From positions 19,840,001 to 19,904,000 of the forward strand of contig CM060731.1 in the NCBI GenBank assembly GCA_030704615.1: a stretch of DNA of 64,000 bases, given 5' to 3'. Shown piece by piece: positions 26,775 through 37,995 of the stretch; the stretch's first letter is position 1, and each line of letters begins with the position of its first letter. The position numbers and the translations under genes were made by a program. The notes below the pieces were generated by a model. The model saw only the letters and a program-made list of their open reading frames with translations, was not told the origin of the DNA and ran no database searches. The DNA comes from Takakia lepidozioides. Its lineage: Eukaryota > Plantae > Bryophyta.

Positions 26775-27420
26775 ACAGCGGGGAAGAGGAAACAGATGTT
26801 GTTAATTTTGAGTGTTAACGGACTCCTCTGCTACCGGCCACCCCCAACTGGCGGTGAATTGTTTAAGGAGAAATTTCGTTTCTGGAATGTGACACTTCAA
26901 ATTCCTGACAGACCTGTGGTGCCTCGGCCTGGAGTCTTGGAGTTTCTGGACCTTGCATTGAAGCATTTTCACGTGGCCATTTGGTCATGCGCTGATAGAG
27001 GTGTTTTTTGTAGGATGTTGGAGAGCTTCGTTCCCACGAAAATAGTGAAGAAGTTTTGTTTCATATGGTCTGTTGAGGATTGCAAGGATACCACCGGTTA
27101 TATGAGGCCCGGGATGAAATATCTCGTGAAGGATATTCGCAGTGTTCTTGCCAAGTACTCTGGTAGACCGTTTGCTACGCAGGGGAAAATACTTCTTGTA
27201 GATGATGAGCCATCAAAGTGCCTGCGAAACCCACATAATACTGGATTCTTCCCTTTCTCATTCAAGCCATCACCAAATGGTTTGCGTGACCGGGATGATA
27301 TGACAAAGGCAGTGTGGCCATATATATCGGAGATGGCTGGAGCTTTAACAGTCGTTGATTACATTAGCGAGAACCGGACAAAGTGTTCTCATAAGCCTAT
27401 TGGTCGAGACCATGCCTGCT
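26775..27420 (+). CDS. FCP1/SCP-like (NIF) domain copy 3: open frame, catalytic motif degenerate, possibly a fragment
   Basis: LLILSVNGLL...PRPGVLEFL...FHVAIWS...FIWSVEDC...KDI...LLVDDEPSKCLRNP. Candidate acceptor CAACAG just upstream. The 3' end runs into PPR-derived sequence near 27513. Confidence 0.7.
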
Positions 27421-27512
27421 GGAGAAATTGCCGCACCAACGTTTTCGGAACTGCCCGAAATGCCCGGATCTTGATCTTCTTGATCTGCGTTTTCCGCCAT
27501 CGTTCACCTTGC

Positions 27513-27840
27513 AAACAGGGGCACGGGATGGAGGCCTGGGGGAAGGGGTGAAGCCCGACCACATCAAATGTCATTCTGGACGCTGCCTTGGTGGACATGT
27601 ATGCGAAATGTGGATGCGATGAGGATGCAAAGGGAGTATTTGACAATATGGCTGAATGAAATGTGGTGTCCTGGAATGCAATGATCGCAGGATATGCCTA
27701 GCATGGTTTGATTCCGTGAGTCAAAATCATGGCCTCGCTCCTACAATGGAGCATTTTGGCTGCATTGTGGATCTTTTTGGCCGTGCAGGTTGAGTGGAGG
27801 TGGCAGAGGACTTCATGAACAAAATGCCAATCGAACCAGC
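27513..27840 (+). pseudogene. PLS-class PPR gene fragments
   Basis: ALVDMYAKCG..DAKGVFDNMAE*NVVSWNAMIAGYA*HG and PTMEHFGCIVDLFGRAG*VEVAEDFMNKMPIEP. Confidence 0.9.
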
Positions 27841-27844
27841 TGCT

Positions 27845-28985
27845 TGGTGGGACAAACGAGGCAAAAAGGTGAATGCTTGCAGATTACCAGATGTCATTCT
27901 GAAGGCTGCAGACACAAGCTGCAGACACAAGAGGTTCTTTAGGGATGAGGAGAAGCTGTGGTATGAATACTTTTCTGACCCCAGTCAATGGAGGGACAAC
28001 CGAGGCAAAAAGGTGAATGATTACCAGATGTCATTCTAAACGTTGCAAACACAAGCTGCACACACAAGAGGTCCTTGTTTTACCCTCTCATCAGACTCGG
28101 CCCTGAGATGCATATTGAACTCTGTTAGTTAGCTCGTTGGGTGGATTTGTGGTGGTTAGGAGTTACTTTGACAAGTTACTGCTGATGTGGCAGCATGAAA
28201 GTATCCAAAAACAGATAACATGGATGAGGAGAAAACACCTTCTTCAACACATTTCACCTTGTTTTCCCATCTTATCAGAATTTGCCCTACATTTCCATGT
28301 TGAATTCTGCAAGTTAGCTGATTGAGTGAACCTTTGGTAGTTTGGAGTGACTTTCACATGATACTGCCAATGTGACATATGAAAGTATCCAAAAACAGGT
28401 AAACAGAGATGAGAAGAAGTTGTGGGATGAATACTTTTCTGACCCCAGCCAATGGTGGGACAAACAAGGCAAAAAGATGAATGCCTACATATTACCAAAT
28501 GTCATTATGAAGGCTTTAGGCACAAGCTATACACACAAGGTCCTTTAGGGTTGATGTTCGGTCAAATCCTCCATGGCTCATGACACAAGGTCAAGGTCAA
28601 TGTGGTGAGGGCACCTTCTTCTTCAACCTATTTCTGCCTGTTTTACCCTCTCATCAGATTCTCCTAAGTGTATATTGAACTCTGTAAGTTAGCTCGTTGG
28701 GTGGATCTATGGTGGTTAGGATTGACTTTGACAAGTTACTGCCGATGTGGTAGCAGGAAAGTATCCAATAACAGATAACATAGATGACGAGAAGGCACCT
28801 TCTTCAACACATTTCACCCTGTTTTCCCCTCTTATCAGAATTTGCCCTAAATTTCCATGTTGAATTCTGCAAGTTAGCTGTGAGTGAACCTTTAATGGTA
28901 GTTTGGAGTGACTTTGACACGATACTGCCAATGTGACACAAGAAAATATCCAAAAACAGATAACATAGATGAGGAGAAGCTCGTT
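27845..28985 (+). pseudogene. Tandem fragments of an OSB-type PDF-motif gene
   Basis: DEEKLWYEYFSDPSQWRDNRGKK|gtgaat (27943-28011), with degenerate copies near 27845 and 28408. A VD.RSNPPW half-motif lies near 28550, and a linker block is repeated four times. Confidence 0.75.
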
Positions 28986-29147
28986 GGTCGCATCATGGTG
29001 TTTTGTAGTGATTTTGATATGTTACTGTAGGTAGGGTTGGGGTGTTTGCTGGAAGAACTTCACGCTGTCAGTCTCAGTTGCTTCAGTTGCTAGCAGCAAG
29101 GCTGAGGTTGTATTCATGGTTTGTACACAGGTGAAGAGAGGCCGTAC

Positions 29148-29855
29148 GCCCAAGTATCCTCGCCTCAGCCCCCTGCCAGGAACAAGCTTCATCATTATAA
29201 GGTCCTCAAGTATCCCCTAACGACAGAGTTTGCCATGAGGAAGATTGTGGACAACAACACGTTGGTGTTCATTGTGGATGCGCGGGCTGACAAGAAGAAG
29301 ATCAAGGATGCAGTGAAGAAGATGTACGAAATCCAGACAAAGAAGGTAAATTTTTTGATAAGGTATGATCTGGATTGCATATGTTGTCGTCCGCTCACAT
29401 AGTATACCGCTCGTTTCTCAAGAGCATACCATTTCTTTGCCTACCAGAATGCTATGCTAACCGTTTCACTCTGAAACAAAATCCACTTGTCATGTAGGGT
29501 TGGAGTAGCCTTGCTTGAGTTACCATCACACACACTCTTATGATGTGGGCGAGAGCCTGAGATTATGATGATTAATTATTTTGAAGATCTTCAGGAACAC
29601 TCAATCGGCTGACAGGATTGCCGTTAGCTGTGTCAAGTTGCAATCTCAAGCTTTGAATGGAACCTCAAGACTGGCTTGGTAGAGCAGGGACTGTTCTCCT
29701 TTGGGTGTTTATTATCTGTATGCTTACCTCTGGGCTTCAAGTACTCATGCTGCAATTTTGTGGAACAGGCCTGATGGACTAGAGAAGGCTTATGTCAGGC
29801 TGCAGAAAGCTGATTATGATGCGTTGGACATGGCAAACAAGATAGGTATCATCTA
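29148..29855 (+). pseudogene. RPL23A: 60S ribosomal protein L23a 3' fragment with intron retained
   Basis: PKYPRLS(frameshift)[56 protein letters not shown]|gtatga...aacag|[23 protein letters not shown]. No 5' exons seen. Confidence 0.9.
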
Positions 29856-29984
29856 GAATGGTTCTTCTTGTTTGGAACTGGGTTGGTTTGAGAGGTGCTT
29901 TGAAAGTTTTGTAGTTGTCCAAAGTGCTTTTCAGTGTCAGCTGCTAGCAGCAAGGCTGAGGATGTATTGATGATTTGTACACAG

Positions 29985-30275
29985 GCAGGGATAGCTGAAG
30001 GACCAGGATAGAGGTCCAGATTCTGCGTGGGTAGATGGTCAACTGGAAACAGCAGCGGCAGCAGCACAATTGATAGAACAAGGCACTGCTATTGAAGGTA
30101 CCTTCTTCAACACATTTCACCCTGTTTTTCCCTGTTATCAGAGTCGCCCCTAAATTGTCATGTTGAATTCTGCTACAAGCTGGCTCGTGTGTGTGCAAGC
30201 CTGGCAGCCCTGGAAAAGTGGACAGAGGTCCATGGTGACATCGTCAAATCTGGAATTGTACCAGATGTCATTCTA
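29985..30275 (+). pseudogene. Further PDF-gene and PPR fragments
   Basis: WVDGQLETAAAA, the linker block, then PPR-like CASLAALEK...VHGDIVKSGIVPDVIL. Confidence 0.75.
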
Positions 30276-31084
30276 TGTTGTTGTCTTCCTATAAGATTGA
30301 GTATGCCTAAGTTATAAGCTGATACAAGTTCCACTTTTCACACAGTCCTGATTAATGTTAGTCCACACCACAAAATGATTTGAAATAATTAACATGTAGT
30401 GGATGCAGGATTGGACTATGCATGTTGATGAGATCTTGCAGCAGCTAAACCTACGAGAGAGGGGAGGGAAGAATAAGGTATAAAACGTCCACTGGATACC
30501 CGAGCGGTCCATGGGACCAAAAGTAATTTCCAAACTATTACCAAACATCACAAACCTATAACGAAATAAAGAAACTTGAAAAGCCTGGTCATCTATCAGG
30601 GGTCCAGTGGATACTGCTAATGTGCTTGCTACCATGAAAGTTGAGAGCTCTAGAGGAGATGTGAACTACATCACTCTTGCCAGGTATATCTCCACTTGTA
30701 TATATTTTTCATATCTTAAATGTTTGGCAATGTTATCAGTAAAAGCTGTTGGTGCCAATTTTCCTTGCTCTGGAAAGTTTGCACCCTTACAACATGTGGA
30801 CTTGGGAAACTACTTGTTGTAGTACAAACTAACGTGTTTAAGCTGTTACCTGGATACGATATTTCGTTGGAGAAATTTGGGCGAAGATGGAGCCTGTATT
30901 TTGTAGTGCAAATCCATCTATATCTGTCTGTGCATGAGGCACTCTGTCTCTCAAGTACTTGTGGTTAATCCTTTCTCTGTAGTTCTACTATGTCAAGAAG
31001 AGCCATTTTTAGGTGGGGGTGTGGTGGTGCAGATGTATTTGTTTGACAGAGTGGAAAGAAACAAAAACTTCTTCCATCCCAAAG

Positions 31085-31190
31085 GGATTGTCACCCCTCC
31101 CACCACTTATGGCTGTGAGTGCTGGGCACCTGGTGTCCCAGTTTCCTGGTGGGAAAAACATTTGGAACCGCTGCAATTCTCTTTCCTCCA
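31085..31190 (+). mobile_element. RTE-like LINE ORF2 C-terminal fragment
   Basis: IVTPPTTYGCECW...W...LEPLQFSFL matches the V-P-L-YG-E-W...LE--Q--FL post-RT motif. Confidence 0.5.
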
Positions 31191-31289
31191 AGGGACCGAT
31201 ATGTCGATATATGTATCGAGGTCAGTTTGATATACAGCTGATAATATGATATACTACATACTGCATGGGCTGGAATTGTACGAAATCTC

Positions 31290-31350
31290 ACTGCCAAATG
31301 TGGGTGCATGAAGGATGTGAAGGGAGTTTTCAACACTCTGGCTGAAAGAG
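31290..31350 (+). pseudogene. Short PPR fragment
   Basis: AKCGCMKDVKGVFNTLAER. Confidence 0.6.
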
Positions 31351-32929
31351 CAAAGAGGTGCATGGAACCCTTTGTCTTTTACTGAGTTGCTGTGAGCAGG
31401 GTATGAAGATATGGATAGCCTCCATGCGCCAGCTGATGACTATAAGCACTTGAAGGAGGAAGAGCAAAGCAAAGGTCTCCATTTACCAGAATAACTCATT
31501 AAGTAGTGCAATGAAGCTAGGATATTTTCCTTATCTCTCTCTTTTTCCTTGTTTGTGTCCTTGGGCTTTGGGTCTCCCCTACATGGACTTCCTTTTTTCT
31601 TTTCATGAGCCAACTCCACCAGCATGTCCTCCTCCTCCTTCCGCCCCCGACTAAATTTCTGACAAGAGCTTTGGGCAAGTGCAGGCTTGGTTCTCATACT
31701 CGTATGGATGGAATAGGAGATAACATAAGTTAATTTGCCTAATTGTACAGCATGCAAAGTGCAGATCATGCCCTGGTCAGTTATGAGGCTGATGCTGACA
31801 TCTTTTTAGATAGCAAAACTCCCTGTGTCTTTTTTTTCACATGGAGTTTATGGTCCACATAGGCCAATTGATTATTCTGTGCACAGCTTCTTTGATCACG
31901 GGTCCGCACGACTGGAGCATCCTCTTAGGGAATTTAGTAATCCACATCGTGCTCCTTTTTCACCGAAACGTTTTTCCTCTCCTTTGGTCGAACTTGGGCG
32001 CATGAAAGTACAGTGAAAAAGTTCACTGACTCCATTTCTCTGCTGAAGCTGGTGTGACTGACTAGAAACTCCAAAGACCAATCATGTTTGTATTACAGAT
32101 TGATATTCTGGGTGTCAGTACATTGAATGAAAGCATCAGTTCAACCCTCGTAGGTGTCGCAAATGCTGTGAACAAGAGAGCTGGACACAGTATTTTTCTC
32201 ATGTACGGGTTTTCTTTAATGACAGGTGGAATTTGAAAGCTGGTTGAAGCAAGGAGATATATGCGAGGAAGTTCAAAGAGAGTGTCCTGACATCTTGGTC
32301 ATGGGAAGCCATAGCACATTGGTCATGGCTTTGGTACATTACAACGGAATTGCATACTCTATGCACTGGCAGCCATAGTGTTTGAACGGTAATCGATACA
32401 GCTTGGTGTCTATATATTTTTGGCAGGATATTCACAAACTGAAAAGTTCCTAAGCATTGCTGTCAAAATTTCTACCAATTGTGGCATGAAGGCATTTGCA
32501 TTCTTATTAACTGGGAGAAAGAAATATATTTTTTGGATTTACTATGAATTTTTTATGATCTGTCATACGTATGCCTATAAGAGTTTCTAGAGTGGGTTCA
32601 TAAGACATAACAGGGATGGAGGACCTAATCTGGACTTTGTCAATGCCCATGCAAGTGAATGAAGAATCCACATGTGACTAGAGTAGGTTGTTATTAGTGA
32701 GGCAACCGGCTCAACCCATAGCTTTGGTCATGTGCTATGAAGGGCCATTGCTGGCCCAAGACTGCTTACTTTTTGCCACTTGGCAAAAAATGTTTTGATA
32801 AAATTCCCCAAAAATATGATTGGTCGTAGGGCTCAAGGTTCACATAAGCATTTTGATTGGTTCAACTTTGGCAAGACTCTGCCATTTTTCTTGCACGAAA
32901 CATGAGATGTTAATCCCAGTCCCACAATT

Positions 32930-33122
32930 CAATTATTTCTATGCCGATGTCATGCAACAAACTGACGATTCATCATGTGGCGTATTTGCGATAGCTTATA
33001 CCACGGATATAGCATTCGGATTAAATCCCGCACATTCCCAATATGCAACATCTGCCATGAGAACCCACTTGAGAGATTGCATAAACAATCGAAGAATTGA
33101 GCCATTTCCAAAACAACATTAA
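32930..33122 (+). mobile_element. Ulp1/SENP-like cysteine protease C-terminal fragment of transposon type
   Basis: QQTDDSSCGVFAIAY...G.NP....Y...MR.HL..C.....PFP. Confidence 0.7.
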
Positions 33123-33573
33123 ATTTAAAATGGTGTAGTGTTCAAATCCCCCTCACTTCTTGGGCATAGATAGGGGTATGCCTATGTTATACTTTTGCAT
33201 TGTTCCTCATGTTTTTTGCATAGTATATATTTCCAATTATCAAAAGAATCACTGTATGCGTGGGGATGACCCGCCCCTTTTTGTGCCAATTGAACGTAGT
33301 TCTCAGAAGTTGTCGCTAGTAGTGCGGAGCAACGTGAAGCCCTAGTTAAATACTTAAGAATCCATGTGGCTTACAAGCTGTGGTGGGTAACATGATGGTA
33401 AGGTGATAGTAATGTAGGCAGTGAGGTGTAAGTTTCAATTCCTGATGAGATGCTTTTGTCGTGTAACCCCGGTTGGTGTAAACATATGTAACTCTGGTTA
33501 GTCCATTTTATACTTAGCCAACTTTGGACTTAGTTGAATTTCGAGACCAAGTAAGAGTTACACTCCATTCTAT

Positions 33574-33735
33574 GTAACCACGAGTGGAGTTACACACCTC
33601 GTCGTGTAACCCAATATAACCCCAAGTGGAGTTACATACCTCGTCGTGTAACCCCGTGTAACCCCAAGTGGAGTTACACACGTCGTTCTGTAACCCCGTG
33701 TAACCCCGAGTAACCCCGACTGGAGTTTACACTCC
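33574..33735. repeat. 42-bp tandem minisatellite, about 3.5 copies, internally palindromic
   Basis: GTGGAGTTACA starts at 33584, 33626 and 33668. The first unit has an exact GTTACAC...GTGTAAC palindrome; the others carry single mismatches. Confidence 0.9.
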
Positions 33736-34539
33736 TTCAGTTCCATATCACTCCCAAGAGAGGGTGGGGGAAGATTTGACATGCCGGAAATCGGCGCACC
33801 ATCCTGTCAGAGGTTGCACGTGTGTATTAAGTTCTTACATTATTCCTATTATCTTCCGTTGTTAAATATCGTCATTCAACAATATGATTATTGGAGACTG
33901 TTTATTATATTCAGTTCCCTTCAGATTTGTCTATTTGGCTTAATTATAATTCAGTCCCCCCATTCGGTCCCTTTAGTTCTATTATATTCCGTTCCTTTCA
34001 GGTAGTTCTATTATCTCGTTTTTATCTTTTCCCATTTGTTTCTTGCATTTAATTCATTATTATCAGGACCGCCAACACTACCATTTCAGTTTTGTGATTA
34101 GGGTGGAGCCATTACGCGATTAGACGCTTGTTCTGTTACCCTACAGAGAAGGGCTTGATGAACAGGGAGAGAGATACTTTTATTCATAAATATTGGTCAC
34201 GGGGTAGTTTCGTCAATACCTAGTGGATCTTATTAATAACCGGATGCATACCCAGATCTCCTGTTTGTCATCTTTGTAATACCAGGAACCGGCCGATATT
34301 AAAAAAAGTGGGGGTTGGTTTCACATGAGCTCGGTTGTGCTCACGTGAGCCCAACCCACGATCATGGGGGATATAGATACACAGTGCATTTTTACGGTAC
34401 AACTGCACCGATATGATAAACTGCCTAGTCTATCTATACATTTATAAACATTCAATACATTCCAAATAATCACTTGTAAAACCAAACATATTATATACAA
34501 AGAGAATCATTTTAATATTAAACTATTATTTGTGTTTAA

Positions 34540-35372
34540 CCCCTAATGGACGACACGACCCGTTTCGGTCGCTTCAGAAATCAGAAATCGATTTGCCATG
34601 ATGGCAAATCGTTGGATGACCTCGGATGAAAAAACTTTCTGAATGAAAGTTGTGCGCCGGGACGTCACGCACCTGCCTGTCTTTATGGCACCCTAAAATA
34701 ATAAAAGCACTGCCATCAGTAATATTTTTAGTGTGCGGGGGTACCCAATTGAGGGCCCTCCAGCAGCTTTGACCTACCAACGTGGCAGGATATGGGTGGC
34801 TGTACCAATAAAAATTCATCTTGCATGTAGATAGGTTAGAATGCTTCCAATTTTTTTGTGGTAGTGAGTTTCCACGCAAGGAACAATATGACTAGAGGAA
34901 TTCACATTGTGATGAAAATTTGGACACATTTGAGGCAGATTTGGGGTCAATTGTAATGGATGGTCTTTTTTACCCACCAATTTTCCCATACAAAGCAACC
35001 CTCATGTGGTTTTGGAATTTGGTTCTGGAATTTTGGCCCAAGGTGCTGTACATGCCAGGCAATTAGAATCTGGGTATGTTGTATCAATGAAAATTCATTT
35101 TGCCAGGCCTATTGCTTGGTCAAACCATTTTTTCACTCCAAAACTAGAGCACAGTAAAAATTTACAGCTTGCATTTTTGTTATAATCTTCGTAATGACAC
35201 GATGAAATCAACTGAAATTTTTACAGTAGGTTTTTGAAGTAGGTAGGATTACTTTCATACGGTTCATTCCCGTAGATGTTTGTCAAATGTCAGATATGCC
35301 CTCCAACATGAGGGCATGTTCCGTTTTGGAATGGGCCCACCAAAAACGGGCTTGTCCTTTAGCCTTTAGGGG
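34540..35372. mobile_element. piggyBac-like non-autonomous element (833 bp)
   Basis: TTAA (34536-34539) CCCCTAATGGACGACACGACCCGTTT ... AAACGGGCTTGTCCTTTAGCCTTTAGGGG TTAA (35373-35376): TTAA TSD with CCCC/GGGG termini. Confidence 0.7.
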
Positions 35373-35689
35373 TTAAGCTCCAAACGAAAAACAAAAGACC
35401 CAATAAGCAAGCAAGGACCAGCATTCAACCAAAATTTCACAAGGCAAAAACTTGAGTAGTATAGCGAGCAACTATAAACCTATAGCAGGAGCAAGTGGGT
35501 TTCACATTGAAACCTTTGGTGATATAGCCACAAACTTGCGGGGCGGCAAGTTTCACATTGAGAAACCCTTAGAAATATAGCTTGAATCCAAACTTTTTAT
35601 ACCAAATCCCAACACCCAACAATCCCACATCTTACATGTAAAACCCACGCCTATAGGGTAACATGTTTACCAATTATAGGGGTTACTTG

Positions 35690-35714
35690 TTTTTTTTTTT
35701 TTTTTTTTTTTTTT
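35690..35714. repeat. poly(T)25 tract
   Basis: Direct reading. Confidence 0.9.
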
Positions 35715-37995
35715 GGGTTCTTTTTGTGTTGTGATTAGTAATAGTTTCAACCAAAGAACAGTAAATCTAGGCTATCAACCAACTAATTAGTGTTTAGATG
35801 ATGTTTTAATTTAATTAGTTAGTATTTCTAAGTACTTTGATAAGTTTGTAATTTTAAATGCGAGCTCTTCAGAAATGGTCGAAGAATGTTTTTCTAAACC
35901 CCGGCCCAATTTGATAATATTCGGTTTTCTTTATTTTATTTTATTTTTGAGAACAGGGGACACGCCCCGGAAAATTTTATTAATAAAAGCAAGGGATTAC
36001 ATGATGGGGTTATTATCCATAGTGGGTTATTATCCATGTTTCATTGATATGTTGTCTAACAATTTCGATAATGGGCTTGATTGATAACCCCGGGTGTGTA
36101 AAATCTTAAGTAAATCTAATATTGGTCTCTGGCGGGTATGTCCCGGGATATCACACCACCAACACCCAAAACCGGCCGGTCTTACAAAAGACAATAACCT
36201 CCCAACACTGGAATAAATCTACAGGGCAGTGTCCCCTTTCTCAGCCTCCTGTCATGTGAGGTTATTTTGTCCTCAGTATCAAAACATTCGGCCTCTCTGG
36301 CCCGGCCTTCAATCCCCCAAAGAAAGTAAAAAACAAAAAAACCAACATAGACATAGGGATGTCAGATATGTCCATATATACATACTTGTGGGCAGTTCGT
36401 TTCGCATGGCTTGAAGTTCTAGTTTGCAGGACCTCGCGTTGGAAGCGGCTGGATTGTCAAGAATCTCTTCCTCCTTTCTTTTAAGATGACAGCTCCACAA
36501 TGTCACATCTGTTCCGCGCATCATATCCTTAGAGTGTATTGTCCAACTGTTGTGTACGAGCTCGTCACGTTCTGCAACGACAAACAGCGATCATCAAGGC
36601 AAGATTTTCTATTTTCTCCTTCAGCAGATCTATCTTTATCGATTCTTGCTCCTCTCTGCACAAGTATTTCTTTTTGAGATACCGCTGTATCTTTGCATCT
36701 TTGCTGAGTTCCGTGTGTTCAATTCGTGGCGCTTTAAACATGTAGGGATTCGCTTGGCCGTTGCTGTGGCGCCTCTTGCGTCTTGCGGTCATTGATGTCT
36801 CTGCCATAAGTTATAACTTGGAGAGAGTGTCTCAGAAGGTTTTCCGCAAGGGCTTTCTTGGCAGTTCTTCATTCCTAAACATTCGGCCTCTACTTATGAG
36901 CAAGAGTGGAAAACACTGTTTGTTCCAAACCAGACCGCAAAAAAAATCGCATCGCAGCAGCTGATGTTGCTTTTATCACCTCTTTGGTCGCAGCCACTTC
37001 TGCCATTCCTTTAAATACCGAGCGGATAAAGTTCTTGGGGACTCTACTCTCGATGGGATCAAAGAAATAGTTTTCTCTGAATGACGGCCTCAGACAGCTC
37101 GAAGAGCTTATGGGACACACAAGAAAGCAGGATATGGGCTCTAACACTCAAGCCCGAAAACAACTTTTGTGACCAAGTTCCCATCAGCATATCGGATACG
37201 TAAGTTCGTTATTTGAAAGAAAATGTATGAACGAAAGAAAGGAAAACCTTATGTGAAAACCGGGAGTGAGCTTTGGGTGGGATTCGCTGATTCTCCTCCC
37301 TTTCTAGAACTTAAAAGAAAACTATTTGTGCTTTGCGACCATCTAGGTAGATGTTTCATGCGTTCCATCCACTCTGACCACTTGAACACCGTTGTTTAAT
37401 AGTCTTGAAGATACAAAGAGGCCATGCACTACAAGACAACATGCGTTTGCATTTACACTCAGAAGCATAACCAATGACCATGAAGTAGTGCCACATGATG
37501 ACAGCACAGTTGAAAAAATGGAAGCCCTGAAATTGCATACAGCAGAGGTGTACAAGGTGGACAACATTGTTTTCAAGTTGTCCACATAGAACCGAAATAT
37601 TTTGTATATTGAAAACCCCGTATTTTCAGGGAATGTGAAACACAGGGTGGACAACGTGATTGCCAAGTTGCCCAAATTCAATGACAAGTCTACTTTAAAT
37701 TGATTTGCTTTCGCCAGCTAATCCATTGCCAGATTTGGTAAGGCAGAAGACTGTCTCAACTCTTTCCTGCTCTCTTGCCATCACAAATTGGATACCCCAC
37801 TTTCAGTATACCTCTAATTCACCCTCAACTTTCCCTGTACAAATGCATGGGTGGGAAAAAAGCTCTTTCAAAGAGAGCAGAGAATAACCTGAATAGAGGA
37901 GAGCTCTGGCACTCTTCCACACAGCTGCACACGGAAGTTGCAACTTTATGAATCGGTAATGTGGGAGGAGGCAGTTCCGGAGGAGGAGATTAATC

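Noticed and set aside
27650-27800. TGA/TAG stops at Arg/Gln positions of PPR fragments as U-to-C editing sites
   Set aside because: These are nuclear fragments that also carry deletions. C-to-T decay explains them, and similar stops occur in the transposase remnants.
33574-33735. CRISPR-like array
   Set aside because: Contiguous tandem units with no unique spacers, in eukaryotic DNA.
36400-37150. Minus-strand Lys/Arg-rich ORF pieces with the poly(T) at 35690 as a retroposon tail
   Set aside because: No RT or endonuclease motif and no TSD identified.
37427-37440. CACTACAAGACAAC as a CACTA terminus
   Set aside because: No partner end or convincing subterminal array nearby.
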